From positions 8,247-72,246 of the forward strand of contig CAZLGG010000006.1 of assembly GCA_964559135.1 (NCBI GenBank): DNA of 64,000 nt, written 5' to 3'. Both the position numbers and the translations under genes were made by a program. Below the pieces are notes generated by a model that saw only the letters and a list, made by a program, of their open reading frames with translations, searched no databases and was not told the origin of the DNA. Shown piece by piece: positions 26,544 through 39,573 of this stretch; the first letter of the stretch is position 1; each line of letters opens with the position of its first letter. The stretch is from an uncultured Planctomycetia bacterium (GTDB lineage: Bacteria; Planctomycetota; GCA-002687715; DRQF01).

Positions 26544-27911
26544 ATGTCGAGCAAGAAGAACGAGCGTTTTTGGGACAAGGTTCTGGAAGCCGTCAAGGAA
26601 GTCGTCAGTGGCGAGCAGTTCGAGACCTGGTTCACCAAGACATCCTGCGCGGCGATCCGTGACGACGAGATCGTCGTGGAAGTGCCCAGCAAGTTTTACT
26701 CGGAGTGGTTGCGCCGTCAGTACCTCGAAGTCCTCGAGGAGGCTGTCCAGCGGGTCAGGGGAGTGAACGGCGCTTCGATCAGCTTTCAGATCGCGGCGGT
26801 CGCCCACGCGGGGGCGGGTGACTCCTTGCCACGCGCGGCGCCCTTGCCTCGCAGGAGTCCGAGCCGGGATCGGGGAGGCCATGATCGTGATCGCCTTCCC
26901 CTCAATCCCCAATACACCCTCGAAAACTTTGTCGTCGGGGCATCGAATCGACTGGCCCACGCTGCGTCCTTGGCGGTGATCGAGGATACGGGTCGCGTCT
27001 ACAATCCCCTCTTCCTGTATGGGGGGGTGGGCCTGGGTAAGACCCATCTTCTTCAGGGAATCTGCCACGCGGTGCGCAAGCAGCAGCCGGACGTCCGGAT
27101 TCGTTACATCCCTTGCGAACAGTTCGTCAACCAATTCATCGCGGCCTTGGGCAAGAATCGGCTGGAAGAGTTCCGCGAGCAGCACCGCCGCTTGGACATC
27201 CTCGTCATCGACGACATCCACTTCCTGGCCAGCAAGGACCACACGCAGGAAGAATTCTTCCATACGTTCAACGCGCTCTACAACAACCAGAAGCAGATCA
27301 TCCTTTCGTCGGACAGCGCACCGAAGGACATTCCAACCTTGGAAGATCGTCTGGTTTCCCGGTTCAAGTGGGGGCTGGTGTGCGAGATTGAACCGCCCAC
27401 CTTCGAGACCAGGATGGCGATCGTCCTGAAGAAGGCGCGCCTCTACGGCGTCGAGGTTCCCGATGACGTGGTGGAGTTCATCGCTTCCGCCATTCTCGTG
27501 AATGTCCGGGAACTCGAAGGCGCCGTGACGCGATTTTTGGGTTTTGCACGGATCATGAAGCGTCCCCTGTCCCTCGAGACGGCCAAGGAAGCCCTGGGAG
27601 ATCTGGTGAGTTCCGCGCAACGGCGGGTGACCATCGTCCGCATCGTCGACCTGGTCACCGAGCACTTCGATGTGCGACTGAGCGAGTTGCAATCGAAGAA
27701 GCGGAATCATTCCATCGCACTGCCGCGGCAGGTCTGCATGTTCCTGGCTCGCAAGTACACGAAGCTGTCCCTGGCGGAGATCGGCGGGTTCTTCGGTGGT
27801 CGCGATCATTCCACGGTCATCTACGCGGTGGACAAGATCGACCAGCTCAAGAAGAACGACATCGAACTGCGCGCTTCCCTGCAAACTTTGGAGCGGCGCT
27901 TGGAGTCGTGA
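26544..27911 (+). CDS. dnaA: Chromosomal replication initiator
   Basis: YTLENFVVG, YNPLFLYGGVGLGKTHLL, DDIHFL, QEEFFHTFN, NVRELEGA, GGRDHSTVIYA. Confidence 0.98.
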   Translation: MSSKKNERFWDKVLEAVKEVVSGEQFETWFTKTSCAAIRDDEIVVEVPSKFYSEWLRRQYLEVLEEAVQRVRGVNGASISFQIAAVAHAGAGDSLPRAAPLPRRSPSRDRGGHDRDRLPLNPQYTLENFVVGASNRLAHAASLAVIEDTGRVYNPLFLYGGVGLGKTHLLQGICHAVRKQQPDVRIRYIPCEQFVNQFIAALGKNRLEEFREQHRRLDILVIDDIHFLASKDHTQEEFFHTFNALYNNQKQIILSSDSAPKDIPTLEDRLVSRFKWGLVCEIEPPTFETRMAIVLKKARLYGVEVPDDVVEFIASAILVNVRELEGAVTRFLGFARIMKRPLSLETAKEALGDLVSSAQRRVTIVRIVDLVTEHFDVRLSELQSKKRNHSIALPRQVCMFLARKYTKLSLAEIGGFFGGRDHSTVIYAVDKIDQLKKNDIELRASLQTLERRLES

Positions 27912-27949
27912 GAGGCGGGGCGCACCCCGGCCCACCCCGCGCGATTCGT

Positions 27950-28127
27950 TGTGGATAACCCGTGGCGGCTGAGCCTCTTGCGCACGGTGGGCGCTTCCGT
28001 GGGTGGGCCGAATGCGCACCCGAAGTCTTTACGTCATGGGGGTTTGTCGCACCCGTAGGTGGGTTGGTCCGTGCGGAAAACTCGTGGAATCGGGCCAGGG
28101 ATGGGAGTGTGGAAAAGCTGTGGAGGG
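27950..28127. promoter_or_regulatory. DnaA-box cluster in the dnaA-dnaN spacer
   Basis: Perfect TGTGGATAA (27950-27958), TGCGGAAAA (28072), TGTGGAAAA (28108), TGTGGAGGG (28119). Confidence 0.7.
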
Positions 28128-28305
28128 GATCCCGCGCCCCGTCACCCGAAAGCCGCGCCCCGAGAGTCTCAGGGGGCAAATCCGAACCTCTTGAGCGACC
28201 ATGACTTAGAGTTCACCCCAAAGGGTCGTGCCGGGCTGTTCCTCGCCCCCCTCCGAGCCTATAATCCCGGGGTCCCTCCGACCCTTGAATCATGGGGAAT
28301 CAAGC

Positions 28306-29415
28306 ATGAAATGCAGCGTCGCCCGGAAGAGCCTCCTGGATGGTCTGTCAGCCGTGGGAATGGTGGCCTCGTCTCAACCCATGGGGTATCAACACGTCCT
28401 TCTCCAGGCTGGGGCTGACGGATTTCTGCAACTGGAATGCACGGACGGGGCCATGTCCATTCGCTATCGGGTACCCGCGGAATCCGTGGACGAACCCGGC
28501 GTGGCCGTGGTCCCGGTGCAGAAACTCACCTCTGTCACCAAGGAGTGTCACACGGACAGCCTCCAGATCCAGGCGGATGAAGTGGGCAAGACGAAGGTTC
28601 GGTCCGGCCGCAGTCTCTTCCAGCTTCTCGGTGAACGGGCGGAGGATTTCCCGACACTCACCGACTTTCCCTCCGAGTGCGCCTTTGGAATGGACCGAGC
28701 ACGGCTCCTGCATCTGATGGCGAAAACTCAGTTTTCGGTGGCGCGCGAGCGGTCACGCTTCGCATTCAACGGGGCCAGGCTCGAGATTTCCGGCAGTGAC
28801 GCCCGCATGGTGGCCACGGATGGAAAACGGCTGGCGACGAAAGTGATCCTCATCGACAACAGCGACGGTGTCGAAGCGTCTCCGATCATCCCCGTTCACG
28901 CGCTGCAAGTGTTCGAACGGGTTCTCGCCGAAGAAGACGACCGGATCCAGTTGGCCTTGGACGACACCCACGTGAACCTTCAGACTTCGCGTGCCTTCGT
29001 CTCCGCGCCCTTGCTTCTGGGGCGTTTCCCGGACTATCGCAAGGTCATTCCTCAGGACTGCCCGATCCGAATCGAATTCGATCGACTGGACCTGATTCAA
29101 GCTTTTCGCCAAGCAGCCCTGTTCATCACTGAGGAAACCCGTTCGGTCCGTTTTCAACTGGAAAACGGTCAGTTGAGCATTCAGGCCCAGGCCTTGGATG
29201 CGGGAGAGGCGACGGTCGAATTGGATGCTCCGGATTACACGGACGAAAAGCCCTTCACGATTTCACTGAACCCCCAATTCATGGCGGATGGTCTGAAGGT
29301 CATGGATTCGGATCGCGCCGTGATCGAGTTGACCTCTCCGAGCAACCCGGTGAAGGTGACGGGGGAGCCTGACTTCGTCTACGTCGTCATGCCTGTGACC
29401 ATGCGGAATGGCTGA
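28306..29415 (+). CDS. dnaN: DNA polymerase III beta sliding clamp
   Basis: AEDFPTL, MVATDGKRLA, GRFPDYRKVIP, LNPQFMAD, YVVMP; follows dnaA; TATAAT at 28260. Confidence 0.95.
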   Translation: MKCSVARKSLLDGLSAVGMVASSQPMGYQHVLLQAGADGFLQLECTDGAMSIRYRVPAESVDEPGVAVVPVQKLTSVTKECHTDSLQIQADEVGKTKVRSGRSLFQLLGERAEDFPTLTDFPSECAFGMDRARLLHLMAKTQFSVARERSRFAFNGARLEISGSDARMVATDGKRLATKVILIDNSDGVEASPIIPVHALQVFERVLAEEDDRIQLALDDTHVNLQTSRAFVSAPLLLGRFPDYRKVIPQDCPIRIEFDRLDLIQAFRQAALFITEETRSVRFQLENGQLSIQAQALDAGEATVELDAPDYTDEKPFTISLNPQFMADGLKVMDSDRAVIELTSPSNPVKVTGEPDFVYVVMPVTMRNG

Positions 29416-29737
29416 GCATCCCAAGCGGTCCCCCTGGGGAGCCGATTCCATCGGGGACATCCTCGACACATGGTTGGCCAAGGTGGAACGGGAAACGATG
29501 GGTCCCACCCAGCGTGTCGTGGCGGCATGGCAGGGCGTCATTCGAGAGAACGAGCGATTGAGAAGGACCCGGGTCGCCGCTTTTCGCTCCGGTGTGGCGG
29601 TGATCGAAGTGGCATCCCCGCCCCTGTGCGCGGAGTTGGCCCAATTCCAGCGATCGCAACTGTTGGAACGACTGAACGAATTCATGGAAGGAGACAGGGT
29701 CGTCCGCGATCTGCGGTTCAGACTCGGCGCCTTCTGA
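29408..29737 (+). CDS. DUF721 / DciA-family protein
   Basis: IGDIL...AAW...VIEVASP..CAEL...LLERLN...LRFRLG; between dnaN and gyrB. Confidence 0.8.
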   Translation: MAEHPKRSPWGADSIGDILDTWLAKVERETMGPTQRVVAAWQGVIRENERLRRTRVAAFRSGVAVIEVASPPLCAELAQFQRSQLLERLNEFMEGDRVVRDLRFRLGAF

Positions 29738-32158
<2,421 letters not shown>

Positions 32159-32326
32159 CGTCGGGACACGGAACCCCGCCGCTCTCACCGCAAAACCTAC
32201 GGGTTTTCCCCTATTTTGTAGCTCAAGTCGGGCAGGCGGGAGTTCGAAAAATCCTACGGGGTCGGCTCATCCGGGGGGGTGTGCAGCAGCGAACCCCGTA
32301 GGCTTCTCGGGCGAGAGTGTGTTGCC

Positions 32327-33877
32327 ATGACTCAGACCACATCCGGCCTGCCTCCGGCCCTGGTGCATGCTGAGAATCTCCCGAGTCCACCCGCCGTGGC
32401 GATCGAGGTCCTCCAGTTGACCGCCGACGAATCGGTGGGAATCGACGATTTGGCCCAAGTCCTTTCCCGTGACCCGGCGCTGGCGGCGAAACTTCTCAAG
32501 CTCTCCAACTCCTCACTCTTCCGTCGTGGCGAGGAGGTGGCGAGTCTCGAACGAGCCACGATGATGCTCGGCATCAAGACCGTGAAGCTCATGGCTCTCA
32601 GTTTCTCGTTGACGAGCCACCTGCCTCGTGCCGGTGGCCAAGGAAGTCGGTTCGACTACGACTCCTATTGGCGCCATAGTCTCATAGACTCCGTGAGCGC
32701 ACGGTCGCTGGCCGTGTTCGTCAAGAACCGGATGGCGGACGAGGCTTTCCTCGCCGGACTCCTTGGGCGCATCGGTCAACTCGCCATGGCGGAATGCATG
32801 GCGGACACCTATGACGAGGTCCTCGATCACTCGGTGGGGGTCTTGCCTGAAGCCGATGAGGAGCGGCGCATCTTGGGTTTCGACCATTTGAGTGTCGGGG
32901 CGACGCTTCTCGAGAACTGGGGTATGCCCGCGATGATCTCACGCGTCGTGGGTTCCATGGGCCAGGATGACGTCCCTGAGGCTGAGGAAGACTCGGACTC
33001 CACGGAACGGGATCTTTGCAGGATCATGAGGATGGCCCGTGCGACCACGGCCGTGATCTGCGACCGCAGGAAGGGCCCGGCCCTGCGATTCCTGAGAGAG
33101 GTCGCCAGCGAGCGATTCGGCGTGGACGAAGAGGCGATGGACGCCTTCATCGTGGGGCTTCAGGCGGGGGTCAGGGAGACCGCGGCACTGCTCAGCGTCG
33201 AGGCTCCGAACGACCCCCACGAAGACCTTCTTCGCCAGGCCCGCGACCAGCTGATGCAGGTGAGTCTGGGTGCCGTTGCCGATTTGCACCAGACCACCGA
33301 GCGCGCCCAGGAACTCGAAGAGGAAAAAGAGAAGTTGGCCCGGAAGGCCATGACGGACGCGCTGACCGGAATTCCCAATCGCCTGTCATTCGACGAGACG
33401 CTGTCCGCGACCCTCGAGCGTTCCGCCATGGGTGGGAGGGACGACCGCCTGGGTCTTCTCATTCTGGACATCGACCATTTCAAGACATTCAACGACACCC
33501 ACGGCCACGCCGTCGGTGATGATGTCTTGAAGATGGTCGCCCGTTGTCTGTTGGACGTCACGCGAGAGGGAGACCACTCGGCTCGCTATGGGGGAGAAGA
33601 ATTCGTCGTCATCATTCCCAACGCGACCGTGGAGGTCTTGACCCAGGTCGCCGAGAGGGTGAGGAGTCGGATCGAAGAGGAGACTCTCGTGACCGCCGAT
33701 GGCAAAGTCCTTTCGGTGACGGTCAGTGTGGGGGGGGCCTGCGCGCCCGGCGTACGGACGATGCTGGAGGCGGAGAGTCTTCTCGAAGCGGCGGACGCCC
33801 ATCTGTATCGCGCGAAGGAGGCGGGTCGCAATCGTTCGTTGTGCCGGGGCCTCGACCGTATCGACGTTTCTCGCTGA
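32327..33877 (+). CDS. HDOD-GGDEF diguanylate cyclase
   Basis: HDOD (LPSPPAVA, DPALAAKLLKLSNS), coiled coil, DALTG, LDIDHFKTFNDTHGHAVGD, REGD I-site, RYGGEEF. Confidence 0.93.
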   Translation: MTQTTSGLPPALVHAENLPSPPAVAIEVLQLTADESVGIDDLAQVLSRDPALAAKLLKLSNSSLFRRGEEVASLERATMMLGIKTVKLMALSFSLTSHLPRAGGQGSRFDYDSYWRHSLIDSVSARSLAVFVKNRMADEAFLAGLLGRIGQLAMAECMADTYDEVLDHSVGVLPEADEERRILGFDHLSVGATLLENWGMPAMISRVVGSMGQDDVPEAEEDSDSTERDLCRIMRMARATTAVICDRRKGPALRFLREVASERFGVDEEAMDAFIVGLQAGVRETAALLSVEAPNDPHEDLLRQARDQLMQVSLGAVADLHQTTERAQELEEEKEKLARKAMTDALTGIPNRLSFDETLSATLERSAMGGRDDRLGLLILDIDHFKTFNDTHGHAVGDDVLKMVARCLLDVTREGDHSARYGGEEFVVIIPNATVEVLTQVAERVRSRIEEETLVTADGKVLSVTVSVGGACAPGVRTMLEAESLLEAADAHLYRAKEAGRNRSLCRGLDRIDVSR

Positions 33878-33908
33878 GGTCGAGGTTCATGGCACGGATT
33901 CGGGTCCG

Positions 33909-34262
33909 TCAGTCTTCCGGTTCTCGTCGATCCTGATGCTCGTCCACCGCCATCTCGGCGGCCTTCGATTCGGGCTCGGCGGGCTCCACGGTTTCCGCCT
34001 CGGCTTCATCCCGTGGGATCCCCGTGTCGTTCGCTTCGCTATTCTTCTTGAGAACATCCTGACGGGCCGCGGCGTCGGTCATCCGGTCCATCTCCTTCAG
34101 CTCCATCTGCATGTCCTGCAGGCCCGCCTTGAATTGGACGAAGGACTTCCCGAGGGAACGTCCTACCTCCGGTAGGCGGCGGCCGAACAGAATGAGGCCG
34201 AGCACCACGAGAACGAAGATCTCCTGGGGGCCCATGCCGAGAAAGAGAAAGGTCAAAACCAT
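33909..34262 (-). CDS. tatA: Twin-arginine translocase TatA/TatB family subunit
   Basis: MGPQEIFVLVVLGLILFGRRLPEVGRSLGKSFVQFK; GGAGG RBS. Confidence 0.88.
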   Translation of the reverse strand: MVLTFLFLGMGPQEIFVLVVLGLILFGRRLPEVGRSLGKSFVQFKAGLQDMQMELKEMDRMTDAAARQDVLKKNSEANDTGIPRDEAEAETVEPAEPESKAAEMAVDEHQDRREPED

Positions 34263-34399
34263 GAAAGGTCCTCCGCGGTGATTGTGGCACCTGAGCCGCA
34301 GTCTTCAACCGTGGGCCTGCCCCGTGTACCTGCTGAACCGGTGCGGGAATGCGGCGCAATCTGCATCGCGAGTCACCACCCGGATTTCGTTCCACCTCG

Positions 34400-36754
34400 C
34401 TAGCGCTTGAGGAGACCTTCGCCGAAGGTGGCGAATCGAGGTTCGTGACGGAGCGGACGAGAACGAATGCGCGGGTCGAAGAGGCCGCGGGGGGTGAAGC
34501 TGAGGGAGAAGCCGAGATTCTGGGTGTTGTCGTAGGAAACTTCGACCTCGAAGACCCAGTCCTGACCCATGCGCCGGAAGCGAAGGCGTTGGTCCTGGAT
34601 CTGGTCGTCCGCGAAGTCATAACCCCCGCGATACACGATGGCGAGTCGCGGGCTCAGTCTCCATTCGGCCTGCAGGAACACCGCGTCGTTGACATCGACG
34701 AACCGACGATATCCGACAGCAAGAAAAAGGTCTTGACTGGAGAGCCATCCCAATGTGGTGTTGAAGACTTCGAACGTTTCCAACTGAAAACTGTATTCGA
34801 AATCGACGAGCAGGGTGAGGCGCGTTCCGGGTCTGAGGACGAAGTCCACGTCCAGATTGCCGGCATGAGACCCTCTGTTGTCGCGGTCCGCCTGCGGGAA
34901 ATACGTCCACTCCACGTCCAGATCGACGAAGTCGACGACCTGCGCTACGTCGTCGATTCTCCAGACCGTCTGCAGTCGGTTCCTCACGCCGATACGGAGG
35001 GTTTCCCGCTGGGTCAACCGGTCGATCCGGTCGAACTGAGGCAATGAGGATGGAGCGACGGAGACCTGGTCGATTGTGATGTACTCGATCTCGGGAAGGA
35101 TGACGTGTTGGAGCCCGTCGAGGCCGAACAAGCCCCCCTCGACATCCCATGTGCGATGGAATTGGGTCGTCGCCCGGACGCCGTAGATCGTTCCGATTCG
35201 ATTGAAACTGTCATCCGTCACCCGCCCTTTGGAGTAGTAGGTGTATCGGAAGCCGGCGAACGGTTCGAGCTTCACCGGGCCGACGAAGAACGGCAGACCC
35301 ACCGTGTTGTCGAGGTCGGCTCGGAAAGCGTCCTGGTCTCCACGGAGCGAGTCGGGATCGAATCGTCGTCGGGCCCGCGAGATCTCCCAGTCCGCATCGA
35401 AGTAGAGGGCGGAGTCGCCCAGCTCGAAAACGGGTTCGGAGATGAGGTTGTAGCCGATCTGGGGTTGATGCTCGACCTGATCCAGAAACTCGTTGATGCG
35501 GACGCTGGCAAGTGCGGTGAGCGCGCGATTTTCGACGGCACGCTTGAAATAAAGCAGCGTCTCCTGATCCTTGCCACCCTTGAATTCGTTTTCGTAGTAC
35601 TCGGGAAGGAATCCTCTGTCGCTGATCGCGCTCAACTCCAAGTCGAGCTGGATGGATTCCGGGAGGTGTTGGCGGTGTCTCCAGGTGAAGCGGCCGCGGT
35701 TTTCCGGGTGGGGCTGACGGACGATCGTGTCTCGACCGTCGTCGTTCTGGTAGAAGCTCACCAGACCGCCACGGTAGTCTTCTCCCCGATACTTGAGGTC
35801 CAGACCCACGCCGGCGCCCCGGTCGAAGAGGTACCGGCTCCTCAGAGTCCATTCTCCCCACTTGCGGCCTTCGCTGTCGTCGATATCCGTTCCGAGATCC
35901 AGGTAGATCGAGGGTCCGAATCGGTTCGAGCGATCGACACCGGCGCCCTTGAACCAGCCCAGGCCCAGGCTGTCGGCCGTGTTGCCGGCGAGAGAGGGCA
36001 GCGGGAGGATGGGCAGCTCTCCCAGATAGACGACACTGGAATCCACCTCGTAACGGACGTTGCGCACGGTCTCGCCGGCCTTGCCGCCGGGCTTTTGCGC
36101 TGGGGGATCGATCTGAATCGCCAGTTTGGAGGTCTCGATGCGCCAGCCCGGGTGGACGAACGGGCTGGTCGTGAATCTCAGATCCTGGAGTTCGAAAAGA
36201 CGTCGGCTACGTTGAATGGCCTCGCGGGCTCGAACGACGATGGGCAAGGTCCCGCTGCGCACTTCAACCTCGAGGGTCTGCGTCACGTCGAGGAGGAGCG
36301 CTCTTTCGTGAACAGGATCCACGAAGGCCGCCGAGGCTTCGAGGCTCCGTACGATCTCCCCACCGATGAGAAGAATGTTGCCCTCGGCGTACACCTCCTT
36401 CACGTGGAGTCGGCCATTGTCCTTCGTGTCGTCCTCGTACTCGTCGCTTGTGGAGTCGGTCCAAATCACGGCGGAGTCGCATCGAAGGCTGCCGCTTTTC
36501 CAGCGAAGTTGGACGTGCCCCATGGCGATGATGAAGCCGCCCTTGATATCGATGCGCCAAAAATCGGCCGTGAAGGAGGCGGAGATCCCTTGGGGTGGTT
36601 CAGGGGGATCCTCCTGCGCCCGGACCGGCGCACACAATACGAGTCCGACAGCGAGCGATAGAAGGAGTGCCAAGAAACGGATATCCGTGTGAAGACTCAT
36701 GATTCGGATTGCGGCGCCTTGCCGTGTCGTTTCGTTCCACCCCACGCGGGTCAT
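34400..36754 (-). CDS. lptD: LPS-assembly outer-membrane protein LptD
   Basis: Signal peptide, OstA-like N-domain, long amphipathic beta-barrel region (SDRGFLPEYY, GVRNRLQT); located in the kds operon. Confidence 0.75.
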   Translation of the reverse strand: MTRVGWNETTRQGAAIRIMSLHTDIRFLALLLSLAVGLVLCAPVRAQEDPPEPPQGISASFTADFWRIDIKGGFIIAMGHVQLRWKSGSLRCDSAVIWTDSTSDEYEDDTKDNGRLHVKEVYAEGNILLIGGEIVRSLEASAAFVDPVHERALLLDVTQTLEVEVRSGTLPIVVRAREAIQRSRRLFELQDLRFTTSPFVHPGWRIETSKLAIQIDPPAQKPGGKAGETVRNVRYEVDSSVVYLGELPILPLPSLAGNTADSLGLGWFKGAGVDRSNRFGPSIYLDLGTDIDDSEGRKWGEWTLRSRYLFDRGAGVGLDLKYRGEDYRGGLVSFYQNDDGRDTIVRQPHPENRGRFTWRHRQHLPESIQLDLELSAISDRGFLPEYYENEFKGGKDQETLLYFKRAVENRALTALASVRINEFLDQVEHQPQIGYNLISEPVFELGDSALYFDADWEISRARRRFDPDSLRGDQDAFRADLDNTVGLPFFVGPVKLEPFAGFRYTYYSKGRVTDDSFNRIGTIYGVRATTQFHRTWDVEGGLFGLDGLQHVILPEIEYITIDQVSVAPSSLPQFDRIDRLTQRETLRIGVRNRLQTVWRIDDVAQVVDFVDLDVEWTYFPQADRDNRGSHAGNLDVDFVLRPGTRLTLLVDFEYSFQLETFEVFNTTLGWLSSQDLFLAVGYRRFVDVNDAVFLQAEWRLSPRLAIVYRGGYDFADDQIQDQRLRFRRMGQDWVFEVEVSYDNTQNLGFSLSFTPRGLFDPRIRSRPLRHEPRFATFGEGLLKR

Positions 36755-39573
36755 CGCGTTCCCTTCTTCCTCAGGCGACCCGAGGGGCGCCAGACGTCGA
36801 TGCGGTTCTTGTCCATGTCGTAGACGAGGCGGGGGGCATTCATCGTGTTTCCCCGCATGCTCATGCGGCATCGGTGATTCGGCTTGCCGTCCAGCCAGAT
36901 GCGGCGTTTCCTTTCGTTCAACTCCATGTGTTCTCCCTCGCCGCGGAGGTCGTTCCACTTGAGTTTCACCCCCTTGTCCGCGATGAGCGAGCCGACGCGC
37001 CGCCCAAAACCACCCACACCCGCATCTTCAGCTTCGAACCGAACGACGGCGCTCCCACTATCCACGTGGATGCGCGGCGACGATCGGGGCCCGCGCTCGA
37101 TGAGTGTCGGTCCGTCCAGAATCGCCACGGCGGAGCGCACCGTGATGGGGCCCTCGCATCGGAAGAACAGGGGCTCGCGCACGTCCTGCGTGCCGGGTTT
37201 GACGACGTGAATAAGAGCCTCGGTGCCACCCTCGAAAACACTGAACTGCTCGTGAACGGTCACGATGCGCGACGTGTAGACATCCGTGGCGCCATCCTTT
37301 CCGCCTTCGATGCGACAATGCATTTGCAGGGGCGAGCCCTCCAATCGCGCCGTCCGCAAGCGTTCGTCCCAGACGAGGCTCTCGCCTTCGATATCCTGGT
37401 CCTCACAGTGAACACGGACGTTTCCCTCAAGGGCGCATTCCTCGAGTTGAGGTCGCTTGTCGGTGGGCGTCGCGGCTGCGAAGGGAGAGGTCGCGCCGAA
37501 CGACACGTCGAGTCTGCGACAATCGACCCTCCAATCCACATCCCGCGGTGGTGTCTTCAGCTCCCGCTCGGCTTCCCGGATGGCCTGACGCCGCGAGGCG
37601 GACGGGATGAGGCTGGGGAGGCGCAGCTGAGCATGAGCCGGGGCTTCCGCCGTCAACATGCCTTCCTTCAGGGAGACGCGAATGCTGGGGGATTCGAGGG
37701 TTTGCGGCCGCTCCTGTTGATCGATCCAGTGGACCTCGGCAGGGGAACCCTCCACGAGGAACACATCCTCGGCCCCCCGCCAGACGAGGGATTTCCCCCG
37801 TAGCGTCGAGCCGCGGTCATCGTTGACGAGAAACGTCCTTTGGGCCTCGACCCGGCTCAATTCTCGATTGCCCTCCTCGTCGGCCTGGGAGAGGGTTGCC
37901 TCGAGAACACCGGCCATGACCTGGAACGCAGAACGATCGCCGAGAAGTCGGCGGAAGATCGCCTCTCCCTCCGCTCGGACGCCCACGGCGACGAATGGGG
38001 AAGCGGGGTAGTCCAAGCGGAGGACGCGCGCGGCCTCCAAGGTCAGGGTCGTCGCGGGGTCGGCCTCGGGGTCTTTCCATCGGATCGCGGCGGGGCCTCT
38101 GAGTCGCACGACTTCTGTCTGCAAGAGACCGTCGGCATTGATGAGGCGATCGAGTTCGAGGCGAGGGCAATCGAACCGACCCGCGGCGTCGCGGCCTTGA
38201 ACATCGCCATCGAGGACACCACCCAGAAGCTCGTAGCGGTAGCGCTCCTTGGGAGGTGCTGCTCTATTGGACGGCACGGGACCGAAGGAGAGAGTCATGG
38301 AGTCGCCGCCGACGGTCAGAGGTTGCCCCCGTCTCCGAGCGAGGGAGATGGTGACGTCGTCTTCGAGGGTGATGGTGAGCGCGACGGTGAGGGGTGGCGG
38401 ATTCCGGGCGGGTCCGTGGATGACGAGGGGGCCGGTGCAGGACGCCGTGAGGCCGGATGGCAACCGGCCGTCGCCGGTGGACGAATTCCACGAGACGTGG
38501 ACGGGGGATCCCGTGAAGTGGATGACGAAGGTGCCGTCGGCGGCGACGTCGACGACGGCCTTTTCCCCTCGAATGATGCCGCCCCGGGCACTCAACTCGA
38601 CGTGACCCTCGACGGCGCCGCGGGTGAAGTGCGTCTGCCCCTCGGCGTCGGTGGCCAGCGTCGCATCCAGGGAATCGCCGCTCAATGCGAATTCCTGGAT
38701 GCGCACGCGAACGTCGTCTTCCAGATGGAGAATCCCGTCGCTCAGCCGGAGCGTTCGAAGGAAGTCCGAACCATCGTCGTCCTTTTCGGGAACGAATCTC
38801 ATGAGGCCCGCGGCCGTGACGTCAAGGAGGGTTCGGCCGTCTTGGGCATCCTTCATTTCGAGATGCGGCAATCGCCGAATGAGGAGGGAACCTTCGTTGC
38901 GGCGGGCGACGAGTCCTTGACCGCTCATCTCCATGGTTTCGCCGTGGGCCTTGAACTCTCGCGCGACGATGAGCGCATTCAACTCGTTCCCGTCGAACGT
39001 CGCCTTCGCCTCGTCGCCTTCGAGGCGAAGGGCGGGAGGGAGACCTTTTCGGCGACCGACGTCCACGGAGAATCCTCCGTAGAGTTCCAGCTCCTGCACG
39101 CTGTCGATCCCGTTCCCGCCCAGGATCGTCGCCTTGGGGGCGCGGAGGACACTCGTTCCGGGGCCCGCCTTCTCCAGAAGCCGTCGGAGCGCGTCGGGAG
39201 ACGCGTCGTTGTCCAACACGAGCAGGGATTCCAGGTCCTCGGGTGTGGCGGGGCGCGGGTTGATCACGGCCAACAGATCCCTGGCCGCGTAGCGCAATCC
39301 CTCCTCGCGTTGCCACGAGCGGATGTGGTAGTAGATTCGCGGATAGACCTGTATTCGGCCCCCGATCTCGGTCTCGGCGCGCTCGAGGAAAAAGGTGTCC
39401 TTGCCGGACTCGCCGGCGAGAGGCGCCATGTCGAGAGGGTTGCTGGACTCCTTTTTCGGGGACGGGGCGATGGTTTCGATCTCGGGTCCGGGATGAGAGA
39501 GGCTTTGGCTGAAGAACCAAGCGGCCAGGAGAGCCGGCGAAAGGATCAGGACGATGAGCAGGAATCGACGCAC
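36751..39573 (-). CDS. 940-aa membrane-anchored protein with repeated LptA/OstA-like beta-jellyroll motifs
   Basis: N-terminal TM; repeats such as GKSLVW..., GESLVWDERLRTARLEGSP, GEHMELNERKRRIWLDG, APRLVYDMDKN; between kdsC and lptD. Confidence 0.65.
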   Translation of the reverse strand: MRRFLLIVLILSPALLAAWFFSQSLSHPGPEIETIAPSPKKESSNPLDMAPLAGESGKDTFFLERAETEIGGRIQVYPRIYYHIRSWQREEGLRYAARDLLAVINPRPATPEDLESLLVLDNDASPDALRRLLEKAGPGTSVLRAPKATILGGNGIDSVQELELYGGFSVDVGRRKGLPPALRLEGDEAKATFDGNELNALIVAREFKAHGETMEMSGQGLVARRNEGSLLIRRLPHLEMKDAQDGRTLLDVTAAGLMRFVPEKDDDGSDFLRTLRLSDGILHLEDDVRVRIQEFALSGDSLDATLATDAEGQTHFTRGAVEGHVELSARGGIIRGEKAVVDVAADGTFVIHFTGSPVHVSWNSSTGDGRLPSGLTASCTGPLVIHGPARNPPPLTVALTITLEDDVTISLARRRGQPLTVGGDSMTLSFGPVPSNRAAPPKERYRYELLGGVLDGDVQGRDAAGRFDCPRLELDRLINADGLLQTEVVRLRGPAAIRWKDPEADPATTLTLEAARVLRLDYPASPFVAVGVRAEGEAIFRRLLGDRSAFQVMAGVLEATLSQADEEGNRELSRVEAQRTFLVNDDRGSTLRGKSLVWRGAEDVFLVEGSPAEVHWIDQQERPQTLESPSIRVSLKEGMLTAEAPAHAQLRLPSLIPSASRRQAIREAERELKTPPRDVDWRVDCRRLDVSFGATSPFAAATPTDKRPQLEECALEGNVRVHCEDQDIEGESLVWDERLRTARLEGSPLQMHCRIEGGKDGATDVYTSRIVTVHEQFSVFEGGTEALIHVVKPGTQDVREPLFFRCEGPITVRSAVAILDGPTLIERGPRSSPRIHVDSGSAVVRFEAEDAGVGGFGRRVGSLIADKGVKLKWNDLRGEGEHMELNERKRRIWLDGKPNHRCRMSMRGNTMNAPRLVYDMDKNRIDVWRPSGRLRKKGTR

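Noticed and set aside
37060-37071. ATCCACGTGGAT palindrome as parS
   Set aside because: The outer positions do not match TGTT/AACA, and it lies within a CDS; probably chance.
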